Source: Macrostomum hystrix | Lineage: Eukaryota; Animalia; Platyhelminthes | Direction: 5' to 3' | Length of the DNA stretch: 64,000 bases | Assembly (NCBI GenBank): GCA_950097015.1 | Contig: CATNEN010000039.1 | Location: forward strand, 17,422,001-17,486,000 | Part shown: positions 30,050 to 44,073 of the stretch, in pieces | Numbering within the stretch: position 1 is the first letter of the stretch | Layout of the letters: the number at the start of each line of letters is the position of its first letter | Position numbers and translations under genes: made by a program | The notes under the pieces: model-generated | Databases searched by the model: none | Told to the model about the DNA's origin: nothing | Seen by the model: the letters and a program-made list of their open reading frames with translations, nothing else

Positions 30050-32938
30050 CTGCCAAAATGATCAGATCTGGGTGTATGGTGACAGCAATATATATATATA
30101 GTTCTATTTTTATTTATGTCAATTCTATTTAAGAGTTGGATACCTTATGATATAGATATAGATATACCTGGTGATACGACCTTTAGGTAAGATTTTCCAA
30201 GAAATTGTTTATAGTTATATCATAGCTTATTAGTGAAATCATGACTGTAGAGCTTTTCGGTTACATTTAAAGATGGGCTACATGGTTATTCGAATTGGGA
30301 CATAAAATAAGATAATGTTACTCGACTTCTACCGCGCACTTTCCTTAAAATATTTAAAGTGTACCACAGTTATAAACAATTATAAACAAGAGCTCCAAGA
30401 ACTAGAAATTAAACTTGGATGTTCTTGGATGAGAATTGTCCTCATGACAACGTTTCACTTACATAATACTTCTCGTGAGTTTTTCGAACTTTCTGATACG
30501 ATGGAATTGAGCAAATCATTACAACATAGTAGTTTAGTAAAAGCAATATAATATTCTCATTAGGTTTTATAAATCCATAAAAAACATGCGAGTTCTAAGA
30601 AAATCGCAAATTTAAATATATGTTCTTTGTCATTTAGTACGCTCAATTATGCCTACATTGGTGTAATGAGGAGATATAAATGTAATTATAGTTTTTTTAA
30701 GTTGAATAACTAGAACAATATCGTTTCTTACCAATCAAGGTCGTTGAAGCTTTGTTTTACAGGTTACAAGATTACAGTGGGCGAAAATTTAAAATTAATC
30801 CCTTAAGCCTGACACCGCGCTGAAAGTGAAAGTGAGCTACTAATCGTTGGGATTTTTATAATCAGTTTCCTCGAATGAGCCACGTTGTATCTGCGTTCTG
30901 AGTTCTTGTGTGTTTTTTTGTGTGATTCTTGTGTCTCCCTATGCGCTACAACAAACTTATATGAAATTTCTAGTCCATTTTAACTCACTTTTCTATTCTA
31001 GTTAATTATTTCTATATTTTTTGCAGGCACCATTGCCAATTTTTTTAGACCTATGTAGTATATTAAGTAAAATTTTTACTTCGTTATTTCCTGTTTTTGT
31101 CATAATGTAAAATACTGCTTTTTTATTTGTTTTTTTTGTCATTTTGTCATGAAAGAAAACTAGTCACTGTTGTGACACTGAGGTTGAGATTGAATCAGCT
31201 GGGCTTGCTAGCTAGTAAACTATCTGAATATGAACCTTTATAACATAGGCACTTTTTAAGTGTCTAACATTTATAGAAGCTAAAATTCCCAAATGTGTTG
31301 CAATTTGGCTGGCTCATAAGTAAAGTAGGTCTTGATTAAAAGTTTATTTTTTTTAATCTCCTAACTCATTTTTGCTAGATTCTATGTTTTTAACTTAAAC
31401 TTTTTAATTGCTTATAAACTATAATTGTTCAGAAGTGATTTCCTACTGTTTTATGCAACATTGCTATAGGTGCAGTGTGTATGCTTTTGATGCAGACACC
31501 AATCCAATTTTTGGCTAATATTAACAGACAGATAAATTGTTTGGTGGGCAGGCAGTGAGGTAGGTACCTCGTGCCAAATGTTAATGATAGCATGAATCTT
31601 GATGTTGTCAATTATAGCTACAATAAAGTGCTGATCAAAAATGAATGCTACACTATAGGGTAATGTATCATCAACTGAACAGTGTATCTTCAAAACCAAA
31701 CAAGAAATTTGACTCCTTCCTTGGTCTTGTGCAAGACAGAAACAAGCTATTGTATTTCACAGAATAACTATTTTGAATGTCAATGAAATTATTTACAAGC
31801 TAAGGCATGACATGCAATGAAGCAATAAAAGGAAAGAAAGATATGGATGTTTCAGTAGAAATTTTTATCACAAAAGCATACTTTTTGACAGCATTTCTTC
31901 AGCATGTACTTTAGACTAAGATTGTATGTGGTTGCTTTCCAATTAAATTACCATAAATACAGTTATTTATAGAGCAGGAAAAATGCTTTCAAATGACATA
32001 ATTCATGATAGATCACTCCTTAAAATAAGATTAAACCACTCACTCAAATTTTTAAATTAAACATCAAATTCTGTTTGGTTTGAAGATACATGAAAATCAT
32101 TGTTTGGTTTTAGAGGAAAAACATTAATAACTTTTTTCTATTTAACAAAATTGCAAAAGCAGATACTATTTAGAAAGACAAAACAGTTTTCTATAACTTG
32201 GCTTTTGACTTATCATGATATCTTAAATAGAAAATCTGTTGACTTAGGTTTGAAGTTAAAAAAATGCATATACTTGTTAGGTTGATGATACATTACCCTA
32301 TTATAAGCCTAGCCAAAATGGAAGAATTATCACAAATATAGATAATTATGCTTTTATAAAGTGTCAACAAAAGTTAGTAATGTAAATCTATCTAACTATA
32401 AAGTAGGGTAAAAAATTCCTACTGCTTATGGATGCCCCTTGTATCTCATTGGATCTTGACATATAGCCAGTACCACTTTAGCTTTTTTACTTTATATAAA
32501 GGTAAAATTGTAGTTGTTTATTCAATATTCTATATGTACCAATTTTTTAAGAATGCTGCATTTACTAAATTTTATAAAAGTGCAATAATAATTGCTAGGT
32601 GCTCATTAAAAAGCTAGCTAATTAAAAGATAATAGTGAAAATTTTTATGTTCTTGCATTGTCATATCATATTTTGTAACCTAAAATCCCGAACTTTATAC
32701 TATTAGTTTAAAACCTTTTATAACCAAGTGCTACAAAAGAAAAATGTAAGTTTAAAGCAAAATAAAGTCTGTATCTGTATTTTTGTAGAGTAATACAGAA
32801 GGAAAAAGTTTTTTTATGTAGCCAAATTTCTTGATCATAGTGCATAGCCTGCCACACTAATACTTATGCTGACTGTCACAGCTATACTTTCAATCATTTT
32901 CTAATTCCAGGGGCAGAAAATTTACATCTGTATTTGGC

Positions 32939-35900
32939 ATGTCTAGCGAGGATGACTTTCCGGAAGATCTGCTGGTCTTTAAAAAGGTGAAATAAGATTT
33001 AATAGTATATATTTTGAAGTCAGGGATAGATGATTTTGGGGGAGATAGGACTCAGGAGAGATGATACACGGGAGAGATAGGACTCAGGAGAGATGATACA
33101 TGGGGGAGATAGGACTCAGGAGAGATGATACACGGGGGAGATAGGACTCAAGAGAGATGATACACGGGGGAGATAGGACTCAGGAGGGATGATACATGGG
33201 AGAGATAGGACTCAGGAGAGATGATACACGGGGGAGATAGGACTCAGGAGAGATTATACACGGGGGAGATAGGACTCAGGAGAGATGATACATGGGAGAG
33301 ATAGGACTCAGGAGAGATGATACACGGGGGAGATAGGACTCGGGAGAGATGATACATGGGAGAGATAGGACTCCCGAGAAACAACTGACGGGAGATAGAC
33401 TTAAATCTGCAACTCTGTGCTGCCCTCCCTCACTGCCTATCAGCTGACCCGTCTAAGGCGACAGACCAGTGGCAGCGAATCAGACGCGGATGCTCTCTCC
33501 CTTCACTCCATGGCCTCCAAGCGCAGCGTTGCCACCAATGCGACGACGGCCACATCTGTTGCGGCCAGCATCGGCCTGCGTCGGAATCGAACCACCGGCA
33601 GTGGCGGATCATCGCTGCGAATTTCATCGCGTCTATCCTCGCTGGCTAACTTGCTGCCTGGCCGGCGCAGCGCCCCTGTTGTCTGCGACAGTCCGCCGCC
33701 TGAGGCGGAAGAATTCGGCGCTGTTGTACCCGAAGCCGCTGCCGCAGTTGCCACTGTTGCGCCAGTGGCCGAGTCTAGAATGTTCAGCCGACGTCAATTA
33801 GATATTCGCGCCTGCCTACAGGAGCTGTCAGATTTGGAATCCAGATTTCACAATAGAATGGAATGCGCAATGCGAGTCTATTGCGAGCCCCTACTGCAGA
33901 GCTCCATGCCTGAAACTGATGTGCGCGAGATGTTTCACAACATGTCGGAATTAAATGGTCGCCAGCGTCGGGGTCGACGCAGCCTAGAGGAGAGGCTGAA
34001 GCAATGCCTGGACCAGATGCGCGAGGGATCCGATGACGATTGGGATGCCGGGTGAGACTAGCCGATTATTTTATTTTCTGTTTTAAAAAATCGTTAAAAT
34101 TAATTGCTGACTTCTTTTATTTTAAATCGTTACAAAAATACTTGCTTCTTTTATTGAAAAAACTGCACAATAAATAGCTGGTCCCTATTCTAAAAAACGC
34201 AATAGAAAATCGCTAGTTTCTTTTATTATTTTTTACCGGAAATCGCCAATATCACCAAGTTTTTTGGTAATATTATTACAGGAAATAATTTTTGTCAGGT
34301 TTTTAATTTAAAATCGTTTGCATGAATTCCTTTTCTTGAAAAAATAGTTTTATATATCGACAGCAAAAAAATCACGTTGAACAAAGCTCTACTTTTTATG
34401 ATCAAATTCTTCACTTCAAATTTGAATTTTACGTTAAAAGACTCCCTTAAAGTCGTTGTGCACTACTGCTTACATTTGAATCAGTAGTTCGTCAATTTTA
34501 TAATATTTTTGATGGACTAATTATATAATTTAATTCGCTTTTGCCACAGCAACTGCGGCTCCGCCCTACTCACCTGGGCCACAGAGGAGGCAGCTGAAGG
34601 CGGCTCGCTTGGCCGAGTAGTTGTCTACTGCTCACATCTGAATGTGTCCCGTCAGGCCTACGATAGGCTAAATCAGCGGCCTAGATTTCGAGAATTTTTG
34701 CAGCGATCGCTTAGTATGCGCCGCTCATTGAAGGGCCTCGACTTGTGGAGTCACCTGCATGAGCCAAAGTCTCACATTGCCAGGTAAGATTCTTATATCC
34801 AGTGATATTTTTCTACTCAGCAGCATTTAAATCTTGAAATCGTTGCGTGATTCAAGGCCAATAATGGCCTTTATAACTAAATATAAGCAACACGAATGAT
34901 GGAGGCGCGTGATTCATGGTCATATTCGAGATTAAACTCAAAGTACAATCAAGCAGTATAATACAACATTGAAATCATGAGGCAGAGGTGTGGTTAAGGT
35001 CATATTTAGGATTAAACTCAAAGTACAATCAAGCAGTATAATACAACATTGAAATCATGAGGCAGAGGCGTGATTCAAGGTCATATTCAAGATTAAACTC
35101 AAAGTACAAACAAGCAGTATAAAACAACATTGAAATCATGAGGCAGAGGCGTGATTCAAGGTCATATTCAAGATTAAACTCAAAGTATGCTCGTATAATC
35201 AAGCAGTATAATGCAACATTGAAATCATGAGGCAGAGGTGTGGTTAAGGTCATATTTAGGATTAAACTCAAAGTAAAATCAAGCAGTAAAATACAACATT
35301 GAAATCATGAGGCAGAGGCGTGATTCAAGGTCATATTCAAGATTAAACTCAAAGTATGCTCGTATAATCAAGCAGTATAATACAACATTGAAATCATGAG
35401 GCAGAGGCGTGATTCAAGGCCACATTCCTGATTTGTGATTAGTCTCAATCACAATGAACCATGAAATAGTTCAAGACATGCTTAAATCTTTGAGGACTTT
35501 ATTATTATACTTTGCTAATATATAGTTAATTTGTGAGTTGGTTTGGGTCTAGTTAAAACAGAAAATAATTACGGATTTTTTAAGAAAACGAGATAGTTTT
35601 TTAAACGCTTAGTTAAAATATTTACACAGTCAAGTAAAATTTGTCAATAACAAGATCAACTTGGTGCAGTGGCAGTTCGCGGGGTTAAAAAACCTATTCC
35701 ATATCGCTAATCTGGGCTCTGTTTATGCCGCCTTATCTGCTGTTATTTAGCTGGCGCGGAAAAGTACATTTTGTAAGTTTACTTAAAAGACCTGTCTGCG
35801 CCCTACCCTAGCCCTAATGCCCTTCTGTCGTGCCCGCGTGTCGTCTCTGTTTCTTTCGCATTAAGAAAAATAAGTCTGCCACAGTCCACACTCAATGCTC

Positions 35901-38900
35901 CCTCGTGTCAAACAGGAAATTAGACAAATCATGTCTGTTTTTATTCTATCCAATTGCTGCCTGTCTTTAGGTCAGTTAATTTTCAAAAAAATATTTCCTA
36001 AAAACTGTTGACTTTTTTAGTTGAAACTTGTTGAATTTAGTTTATTAATAAGAAACAGTATTTTGCGTGTCCAGTGTTTTTGTTAGGAACCGATTTATAA
36101 ATTTATATGCTAATCTATGCTGTTGTGTCTGCGCCACTCGAAATGTACTTTTATCTGCCTGCTAGATCCAGGGGCAAGTAGTCGGTTACCCCACCCCATG
36201 CCAGCTATGTTAACTTGAATGGAGAAGGAAATTAGTTTAATGGATGCACTTTTAACAAGCTTTAAGTCTTATTTGAGAAGTAACCTATAATCCTCTGACG
36301 TCATTGTTAGCACACGCCTGGTAACACAATGTGCGCCTAGCCATAAATTAAAGGATATCTCCTCGGCAACGAATCCCTTCCCAATACTAGTAATAACAAT
36401 AATTATTGATTACATCTGCCTTAATTGGACTAGGTGCGCAGCTATTGCGCGGCGCTTCTGAAGGCTGCGTACGGCTGTTCAGTCCGTGGACTGAGGCAAT
36501 GCATAGTTTAATTCATGTGTCTTTGCTAAGGAACACATATTGTTCCAGTGGAATCGAACCCGCGACCTTTAAGTCGTGAGCGGGACGCTCTAACCACTGC
36601 GCTACAACCCCACCCCTAGGCATTGCAATCCCGGTGTTTTTGTTAAGTCAGTTGTATTACGAAAGCTGTAGTTGATTGGAACTTTACCGGTTGGGTGCCG
36701 AGCAAGTTAATGGCGGTCGCGCCTCGATCGTAATCGCCATTAACTGCGAGGCAGCCAACCGGTAAAAGCATTATAAGGCTTCAGGCCATAGACAAATCAA
36801 CTCCCCCTATAACGCTATCTGGCGGCTGTCGGTCGACAAGCAACGGCGTTATAGGGGGAGTTGATTTGTCTATGGCCTGAAGCCTTATAATGCTTTTACC
36901 GGTTGGTAAAATACTTTAATTGATAATTGAAAAGAAACAAATATAAGCGTCCAAATTTTGTAAGCTTCTGGCTCATGGCGGATTGGCGCAGTTTGTGCCA
37001 TAGACATGCCATTATCGCTGAGTGATCGTTTATACCATAATACGTTGCTGAAGCCTTATAATGTTATTAGCAATCGTGAGTGCATTAGTCTCTTGAATAC
37101 AATTTAGAGGTTTTGAACTTAGACATTACTGTAATGGGCTTAAGAAAGCATTATAGAATATTCTAGAAGGGTGTTGCTATCTTTAGAAGCGTGCGGGAAG
37201 GAAAAGCTAGGCTAACAATATAAGGGCGGTTTTATGGAGGTTCAGTCTGAACCCGACACCCGGATTCCCGGGATTATGGATTTCCAGGATATGATAAAAT
37301 TTCCCGGGATTTTAAAAGGGACTATTTCCCGGGATGCTGTTCTACCCGGGATTCAGGATCCCGGGATTTTTTGTCCCATAATCCCGGGAATAGTCCCGAC
37401 TTTCTCTATGAAAATTGGACATAAATCACATTAAGAAATTCGTGAGCAAGCTGTGCATACTTCGGTTTCATTATAAAAACAATGTCTAAATATTTTGTAT
37501 GATAACCTTCAAAGAGATATGTGTTAAATGTTCTAGGGCAATTTTAATCTCACACAGATTCCACTAGCACAAAAGTTGTACTAGGGGTTACTTCAATCCT
37601 GTAGCTGACGCCAAAGTTGTTACAGGCCTCTCTTCTACCTTCTATACGGTAGCGTTTCTACACGGAAGCGGTAGCGCGTGAATCAAACTTCCAGTACTAG
37701 GCGTTCCGATGGATCGGATGGTCCTAATTCCCCGCCTAACTACCTCTCATTCTGTGTAATTAATCTAGGTATTTCGTCTGAGTAATCAGTCTCCATAATT
37801 AGTCTTAGTAATTCGACTCTGTAGTTGATCTCTGTAAATTGTGTGAGTAATGAATCTCTGTAGTTGATCTCTGTCATTATTCTGACTTCTGAGTAGGGGT
37901 GTTCGGGGTTCTGGATCGGGGAAAACCACTTTCGGGACTATCTTTCCATCTTTCCATAAGACCATCATTCGGGGATCCCGAACCCCATCCCACGCATTTT
38001 TTCGCGATCTTATAGTATTTCTCGGGATTGACATTCCCAGGAAAAAGTATAGGCCGGGATCCCGGGATTGGGATTTCCCGGGATTGATAGGGGGTCGGGA
38101 AATTGTCCCTACCAATCCCCACCCACCCCCCATAAGTTCGCCTGATTATTCTCATTCAGCGTCGTCTTACCCTCGCTGAATTGGCCGAAAATAGTCTGAA
38201 TTGGCAGAGACAAAAAATTATTCACAGACAAATTCTGCCCGGCACAGAATGCTAATAGTGCCTGACTTAAGAGGAAGCAATTCAAGTTTTAATCAAATTT
38301 AGACGAAAAAAAATTAACTTTATGCTTTCTCGAGCGCATGCTGATGCAGCTGGGCCGTCTAATTTGATGTATACATATATACACGTGTGAATCTATACTA
38401 ATAACTAGTGACAGAAAGTCACGTGTGTATCTATACTAATAATTAGTGACAGAAAGTGCCCATAGTGACACATGCTAATTGCAGTTTCAGTTGCCTGTTC
38501 ATTAGTATTTATCTTATTTTGTCGTCTTTTACTAAAGCTCTGAGCTAGGCGTATTCTCAGACTTTGACCTTTTTGTATCTTCAAAGTATTTCATGAAATT
38601 AGAAAGACTATAGCATTAACTGCCCCGCCGCTGAACCCTGATCCGATTACAGAAGAAATAAAAAATGTTATTTCATTAGAATATTCTAGATTTTTTCTCC
38701 GAAGCTTTTGTTAATTAAAATTCCACTAAAAGCCTCACTATGCATATTTAATTACTTTTTTAGGAATTAACTACTGAGAATTTTATTGATAATTGGGGAA
38801 GTAGAAAGTGTTTCAATTAATTTAATTACAAGTCTATCACATTGTTAGGAGTCGAGCAGCCTATCACTAATTGCTTTAATTATTAAGCAACTCATATCTC

Positions 38901-41554
38901 GTCAAAAAGAGTTTCGTTATTTTGCTTACAACTGAAGAATGTAAAATACCTACTAAAACACACCTGAGGAATGTAAAATGCTTCTAAAACACACCCGAGG
39001 AATGTTAAATTCCATCTAAGGCACTCCTGGGGAATGTAGAATTCCATCTGAAACACACCCGAGGAATGTTAAATTCCATCTAAAGCACACCTGGGGAATG
39101 TAGAATTCCATCTGAAACACACCCGAGGAATGTAAATTTTAATCTAAAACACACACGAGGAATGTTAAATTTCATCTATAACACACCCGAGGAATGTAAA
39201 ATTTCATCTAAAACACACCCGAGGAATGCTAAATTTCATCTATAACACACCCGAGGAATGTTAAATTCCATCTAAGGCACACCTGGGGAATGTAGAATTC
39301 CATCTGAAACACACCCGAGGAATGTAAATTTTAATCTAAAACACACACGAGGAATGTTAAATTTCATCTATAACACACCCGAGGAATGTAAAATTTCATC
39401 TAAAACACACCCGAGGAATGCTAAATTTCATCTATAACACACCCGAGGAATGTTAATTTCATCTAAAACACACCCGACTATAACACACACGAGGAATGTT
39501 AAATTTCATCTAAAACACACCCGAGGAATGTTAAATTCCATCTAAAGCACACCCGATGAATGTAAAATTTCATCTAAAACACACCCGAGGAAAGTTAAAT
39601 TTCATCTAAAACACACCCGAGGAATGTTAAATTCCATCTAAAGCACACCCGATGAATGTAAAATTTCATCTAAAACACACCCGAGGAATGTTAAATTTCA
39701 TCTAAAACACACCCGAGGAATGTTAAATTCCATCTAAAGCACACCCGATGAATGTAAAATTTCATCTAAAACACACCCGAGGAAAGTTAAATTTCATCTA
39801 AAACACACCCGAGGAATGTTAAATTTCATCTAAAACACACCCGAGGAATGTTAAATTCCATCTAAAGCACACCAGAGGAATGTTAAATTCCATCTAAAGC
39901 ACACCAGAAGAATGTTAAATTCCATCTAAGGCACACCTGGGGAATGTAGAATTCCATCTGAAACACACCCGAGGAATGTTAAATTCCATCTAAAACACAC
40001 CCGAGGAATGTTAAATTCCATCTAAAACACACCCGATGAATGTAAAATTTCATCTAAAACACACCCGAGGAATGTTAAATTCCATCTAAAACACACCCGA
40101 TGAATGTAAAATTTCATCTAAAACACACCCGAGGAATGTTAAATTTCATCTAAAACACACCCGAGGAATGTTAAATTTCATCTAAAACACACCCGAGGAA
40201 TGTTAAATTTCATCTATAACACACCCGAGGAATGTAAAATTCCATCTAAAACACACCCGAGAAATTTTAAATTTCATCTTAAGCACACCAGAGGAATGTT
40301 AAATTCCATCTAAAGCCCACCTGAGGCTTTAGAATGTAAAATGCCATCTAAAACACACCTGGGGAATTTAATTGACCCACTAAAACACACTGGCCACCCA
40401 GGTATCCGCTAATCCTCAACCGCCTAGCTGTGTATCTGGCCGATATTGGCAACAAGGCTGAGGCTGCCCGAGTTCGGCAAGCCTACGACATTGTCTGCAG
40501 CTGCCTGGCCGCCATAGACTCCGGCATGCTGAAGGAGGACATGCGCCGATTAGCCAAGAAGCTGCTGCTTGACGATGGCTGCCTTCCGCCTGGCCTATCG
40601 GAGCCCTGGCGCTGGCTACTGCAACGGCAGACTTTGGTGCTGGAAAAGACTGCTCCAGGCCTGGTCCGACTCATGCCAAAGCGTCGGCCAGTTGTGCTAG
40701 TGCTCACGGATGACTTACTGATTGTGCTGAAAGCTAACGGTGGCAGTGTGTGCGATGACACAGCTAGCCAGAATCAGCAGCAGCAGCAGCAGCAGCCCCG
40801 CTGCCGCCAGTTGCTGCTGCTGTGCGGTCTGTCTGCCTCAGTTAGCAGCGGCGTGGCTCTGTTGAACCTTCGCGGCCTTCAACTGGCACCATCAGCGACT
40901 AATTCTGTGCGGTCTGGCATCGGTATTGGCAGGTGAGTGTATTTGTTAATGAGTAAAGATTGATTAACTTATAGTGAAATTTTCGATAATAAGGGCGCGT
41001 GCCATTTACACCCTTGAGGGCCAACCTCCAAGACACAGAGAGTGTACGATGTCTGTGTGAATGCAGTGTGCTCAGGAGTCAGGAATTTGCTGAATTGCCA
41101 CATCGCTGGCCGCGGTTCTACTGGCACCAAATGATGTGCCAGTATCCACAGCCCTCCTGCAATTAGAAGTATATAATATTGTCATTTTATAACGCCGGCT
41201 TACGATGAATATTAAGGGCAATAGCTGCTGCTGTGCCATTGGTTGTACAAATTGCCTAATTGGGGCTTAGACGTCGATAGCGTCTATTCTATCTAATACG
41301 GCCTAATCTCCACAAGCACCAAACACCGCTATCCGCACCCCAAGACGGCCCCAGATCAGCCAGAGATGTCGTCAGCAGCCGCAGCAGCCACCGACGTCGC
41401 CGGCCAGTCTCAGTCTGTCTTTTGGCCAAAACTTAGCGGAGCGCTCTCATTGGCTGGCGCTCATCCAATCAACGCACATCTGTACACCGGCCTGTCGCGG
41501 CAGCGGCGCCACAGTTGTGACAGAGGCGCCACTTCGGCAGGGCTCACAAAATAG
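32939..41554 (+). CDS. Dbl-family RhoGEF (DH-PH), NET1/ARHGEF3-like
   Basis: Exons 32939-32986, 33444-34051, 34550-34783, 40402-40932 and 41317-41554 join in phase. DH motifs: LQELSDLE, VYCEPL, EMFHNMSEL, YCSHL, FREFLQR, LDLWSHLHEPKSHIARYPLIL (NET1-type LDLWSFLD.P.SR..KYPLLL). PH-like VLVLTDDLLIV. Confidence 0.8.
33038..33372. repeat. 32-bp minisatellite (GGGGGAGATAGGACTCAGGAGAGATGATACAC)n in RhoGEF intron 1
   Basis: About 10 copies with a 32-nt period. Confidence 0.93.
34905..35425. repeat. ~80-91-bp tandem repeat, ~6 copies
   Basis: Recurring GATTAAACTCAAAGTA..CAAGCAGTATAATACAACATTGAAATCATGAGGCAGAGG. Confidence 0.9.
36385..36615 (-). mobile_element. tRNA-derived SINE family B
   Basis: Reverse complement shows TAGCGCAGTGGTTAG (A box) and GGTTCGATTCC (B box), then GTGTTCCTTAGCAAAGACAC and an AT-rich (TTA-like) tail. 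A related copy lies at ~51838-51955. Confidence 0.7.
36755..36906. repeat. Perfect 61-bp inverted repeat with a 30-nt loop
   Basis: 36755-36815 is the exact reverse complement of 36846-36906. Confidence 0.95.
37225..38135. repeat. Two clusters of CCCGGGAT motifs (37260-37400 and 37894-38110), possibly non-autonomous DNA-transposon remnants
   Basis: Many ATCCCGGGAT/TTCCCGGGA motifs. The second cluster is bounded by TAGGG...CCCTA, as in hAT-type MITEs. Confidence 0.4.
38936..40390. repeat. 32-bp minisatellite (ACACACCCGAGGAATGTTAAATTTCATCTAAA)n, ~45 copies, ending just before a RhoGEF splice acceptor
   Basis: 32-nt period. The acceptor AG is at 40400-40401. Confidence 0.96.
40993..41170 (+). 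mobile_element. Truncated SINE-A copy in the last RhoGEF intron
   Basis: Contains ATTTACACCCTTGAGGGCCAACCTCCAAGACACAG, GTGTGCTCAGGAGTCAG, AAATGATGTGCC and CAGCCCTCCTGCAATT. Confidence 0.75.
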
Positions 41555-44073
41555 CACAGAGTCAGGCTATTGCACTGATCACTGACTAAAACTAAAACAG
41601 ATGCGATTTTTAATCATTGATTTTCTGTCAATTTACTGACATTTACTGACATTTATATCTATAAGTAATGCCGAAATCTATTTATAGAATCATTCTTGCC
41701 CGACCGAGTTTATTTTTCCTGTCGCAAATAATAATATTTTCCGCCGTGTCTTCTAAGTCTTCTTTCTGCGAGGTCGGTTGATTTTTTAATTTTTGCTAAA
41801 GTACTCGTAAAATCAAATTTAATCAGATTTTTTCCACTTTATTAAAATGATATATACATTTTTTAATTTAAATCCTTCCACTAACTCCCCTGGACCAGGT
41901 GAGTGTCTTGAGCTTTCAAGCTTTTTTGTAGGGCGTTGTTCCGTGGACCTTCAGTTTGCCTGTTTTGATTTTTGCTAATTTTTTGCTTTGAGAACACAGT
42001 TTTTAACATAAAAAATTAGAAATTGTGGATTTTTAAGCTTTAAAAGTTACAAAGGAATCGTCAAGGAAAAAACTTTTTTTTCTGACGTTGCCAGCCCCTG
42101 AAATTTAATTCATGTAATCACCCAAAATCTTTCTGGAATATTTCTCAGGGATTGGCCTCTTCCTTGAATCTCTACAATGGATTTGCTATTTCCTGGAATA
42201 TATCCTATAGGTGAATCATTTCCTGGAATATTTCCTATGAATGAGTAATTTCCTGGAATATATCCTTTAGATCGATACTTTTCTTGAATAGATCCTTTCG
42301 GTGAATCATTTCCTGGAATCTTTCCTCGAAATTAATCGAATCTCCATGTGAGAAAAGTGATTTCCTGGAATCTTTCCTTGTAATTTATTATTTCCTAGAG
42401 TTTTAGGGATTTATTTTGGCCTGGGATCTGTCATAGAAATGTATTATTTCCATTGAATATTTTTTAGAATTTATCAATTCCCTGAATATCTTCAGGTAAA
42501 AATGCTGGATCTTCCTTATAAGGTTTTTGGATCTCCGATGGAATATTTATTTCTAGGCTAGGATCTCTAATTATAACATTAGTGACAATATCGACAGATT
42601 ATTTAGGTGAACAATACACCTGCTGGAAGTCGCTGGTCAAGCAATTACTCAATTTTTGTTCATTTACTCTTTATCATATTTTGTAAAATGCAACCTTCAC
42701 GGCATGTTTTGAGACAATCGCATAGCAGATTGCATTATTATAAAGCTTTTCATATTTTTGATACAATTTCGTTTTGAAATCAATCTCATATTAGTTATGT
42801 TGCAGATTTACAATTGTTTTGCTTTTAAGCATTTCTTCATACTTTTCAAATTAATTCATCCTTATATTGCATTGAAAAGCTGTCCACTGCCTCAACAGTT
42901 TTGATTTAGGTTTTAATAGAAATTACTTCAAACTATTTTCCTATATTTTGCTCTATAAACTTTTTGCTCAAACTAACAGAGGCTAATATGGAAGCGGTGC
43001 ATTCGAACCACTTCGACCCAAACACTTGCTTTTCTGTCGCCAAAGATATACATATATTATCTTTAATAAAAAATAAAAAAACACGTTTGAATTTCAATTT
43101 TGGACGCTTTTGTGGCATCCGTGCGTGACAGTGGGACGCGCAGTTGGTCTCTGAGTAAATTTTATTTTTTAGAGGACAAAATAATAATAACTAGTGCCTT
43201 GTTACGAGTATAAGTTTCTGTTCAATCTTGCGTTCTTTGTGTTTTTTTGTACGAGTCAAGGCATTCTAAGAATTTGACTATGGCCAAACCAAAAAAGTCG
43301 TGGAGAAGGGCGCTAAACATCAAATACAGAGGAATGTCAGTTGTCACTGGGGTCATCAACAAGAATCTCTAAGATGCTTTGACGGTTTTGAAAATTAGGC
43401 CATCGTGGTGGACTTTCACGAAAATCTGTCCTTCGGTTGGGAGCGCTCGTAAAGTAAGTAGTAGGTCTCTCCCCAGGGGAAAATAGTGTTGTCTTTCTAC
43501 CGTTAATTATCTTGAATGGTTCTCTTGGACCTTTTTTAAGCAATATACAAGTACATTAGGCGCCTTTGACTCTGCTTTTTTGCACTACTGCAAGGAGATA
43601 TTTAAAAAATCTCATAAGAATAGAGCTTCGCAAACAAAGATTAGAATTACTATTAGTACACAGTTTTTAGTACCAGATCTTATTCTTATCACTGACGAGC
43701 GACACCAGAGAAATTAGGTAAACACACAGCAGGCAGCATGCAATCAGTTTTGCTAGTCCACCACGCCTTGGCTTAAGAAGGTGTTGAATGACAGCGGTGC
43801 CCCTGGGAATGGCCGTAGCACTGGGGAAATCGCGGCGAGATGTTGCCGCCTCATCAAAATCATTTTATTTAATTAGTAAAGTCATAAATTAACTAGAAGT
43901 CATGCTGCTAAGAATAGAAAATTGAAAAAAACGGTAACATCAAGACTGGAATTGAATTATTAGCTTCATTATTAACTGCTTTTCAATTAGATGACGAACA
44001 GACAACGTTGGCAATTCCAATAATAACTCCTTTCTAAAGTAGCTTTCCTTGAACACACAGCTGCTCACTGTCC

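Noticed and set aside
42120-42500. Recurring TTTCCTGGAAT motifs resembling clustered STAT/BCL6 sites
   Set aside because: The roughly regular spacing fits an old decayed tandem repeat, and there is no independent evidence of regulatory function.
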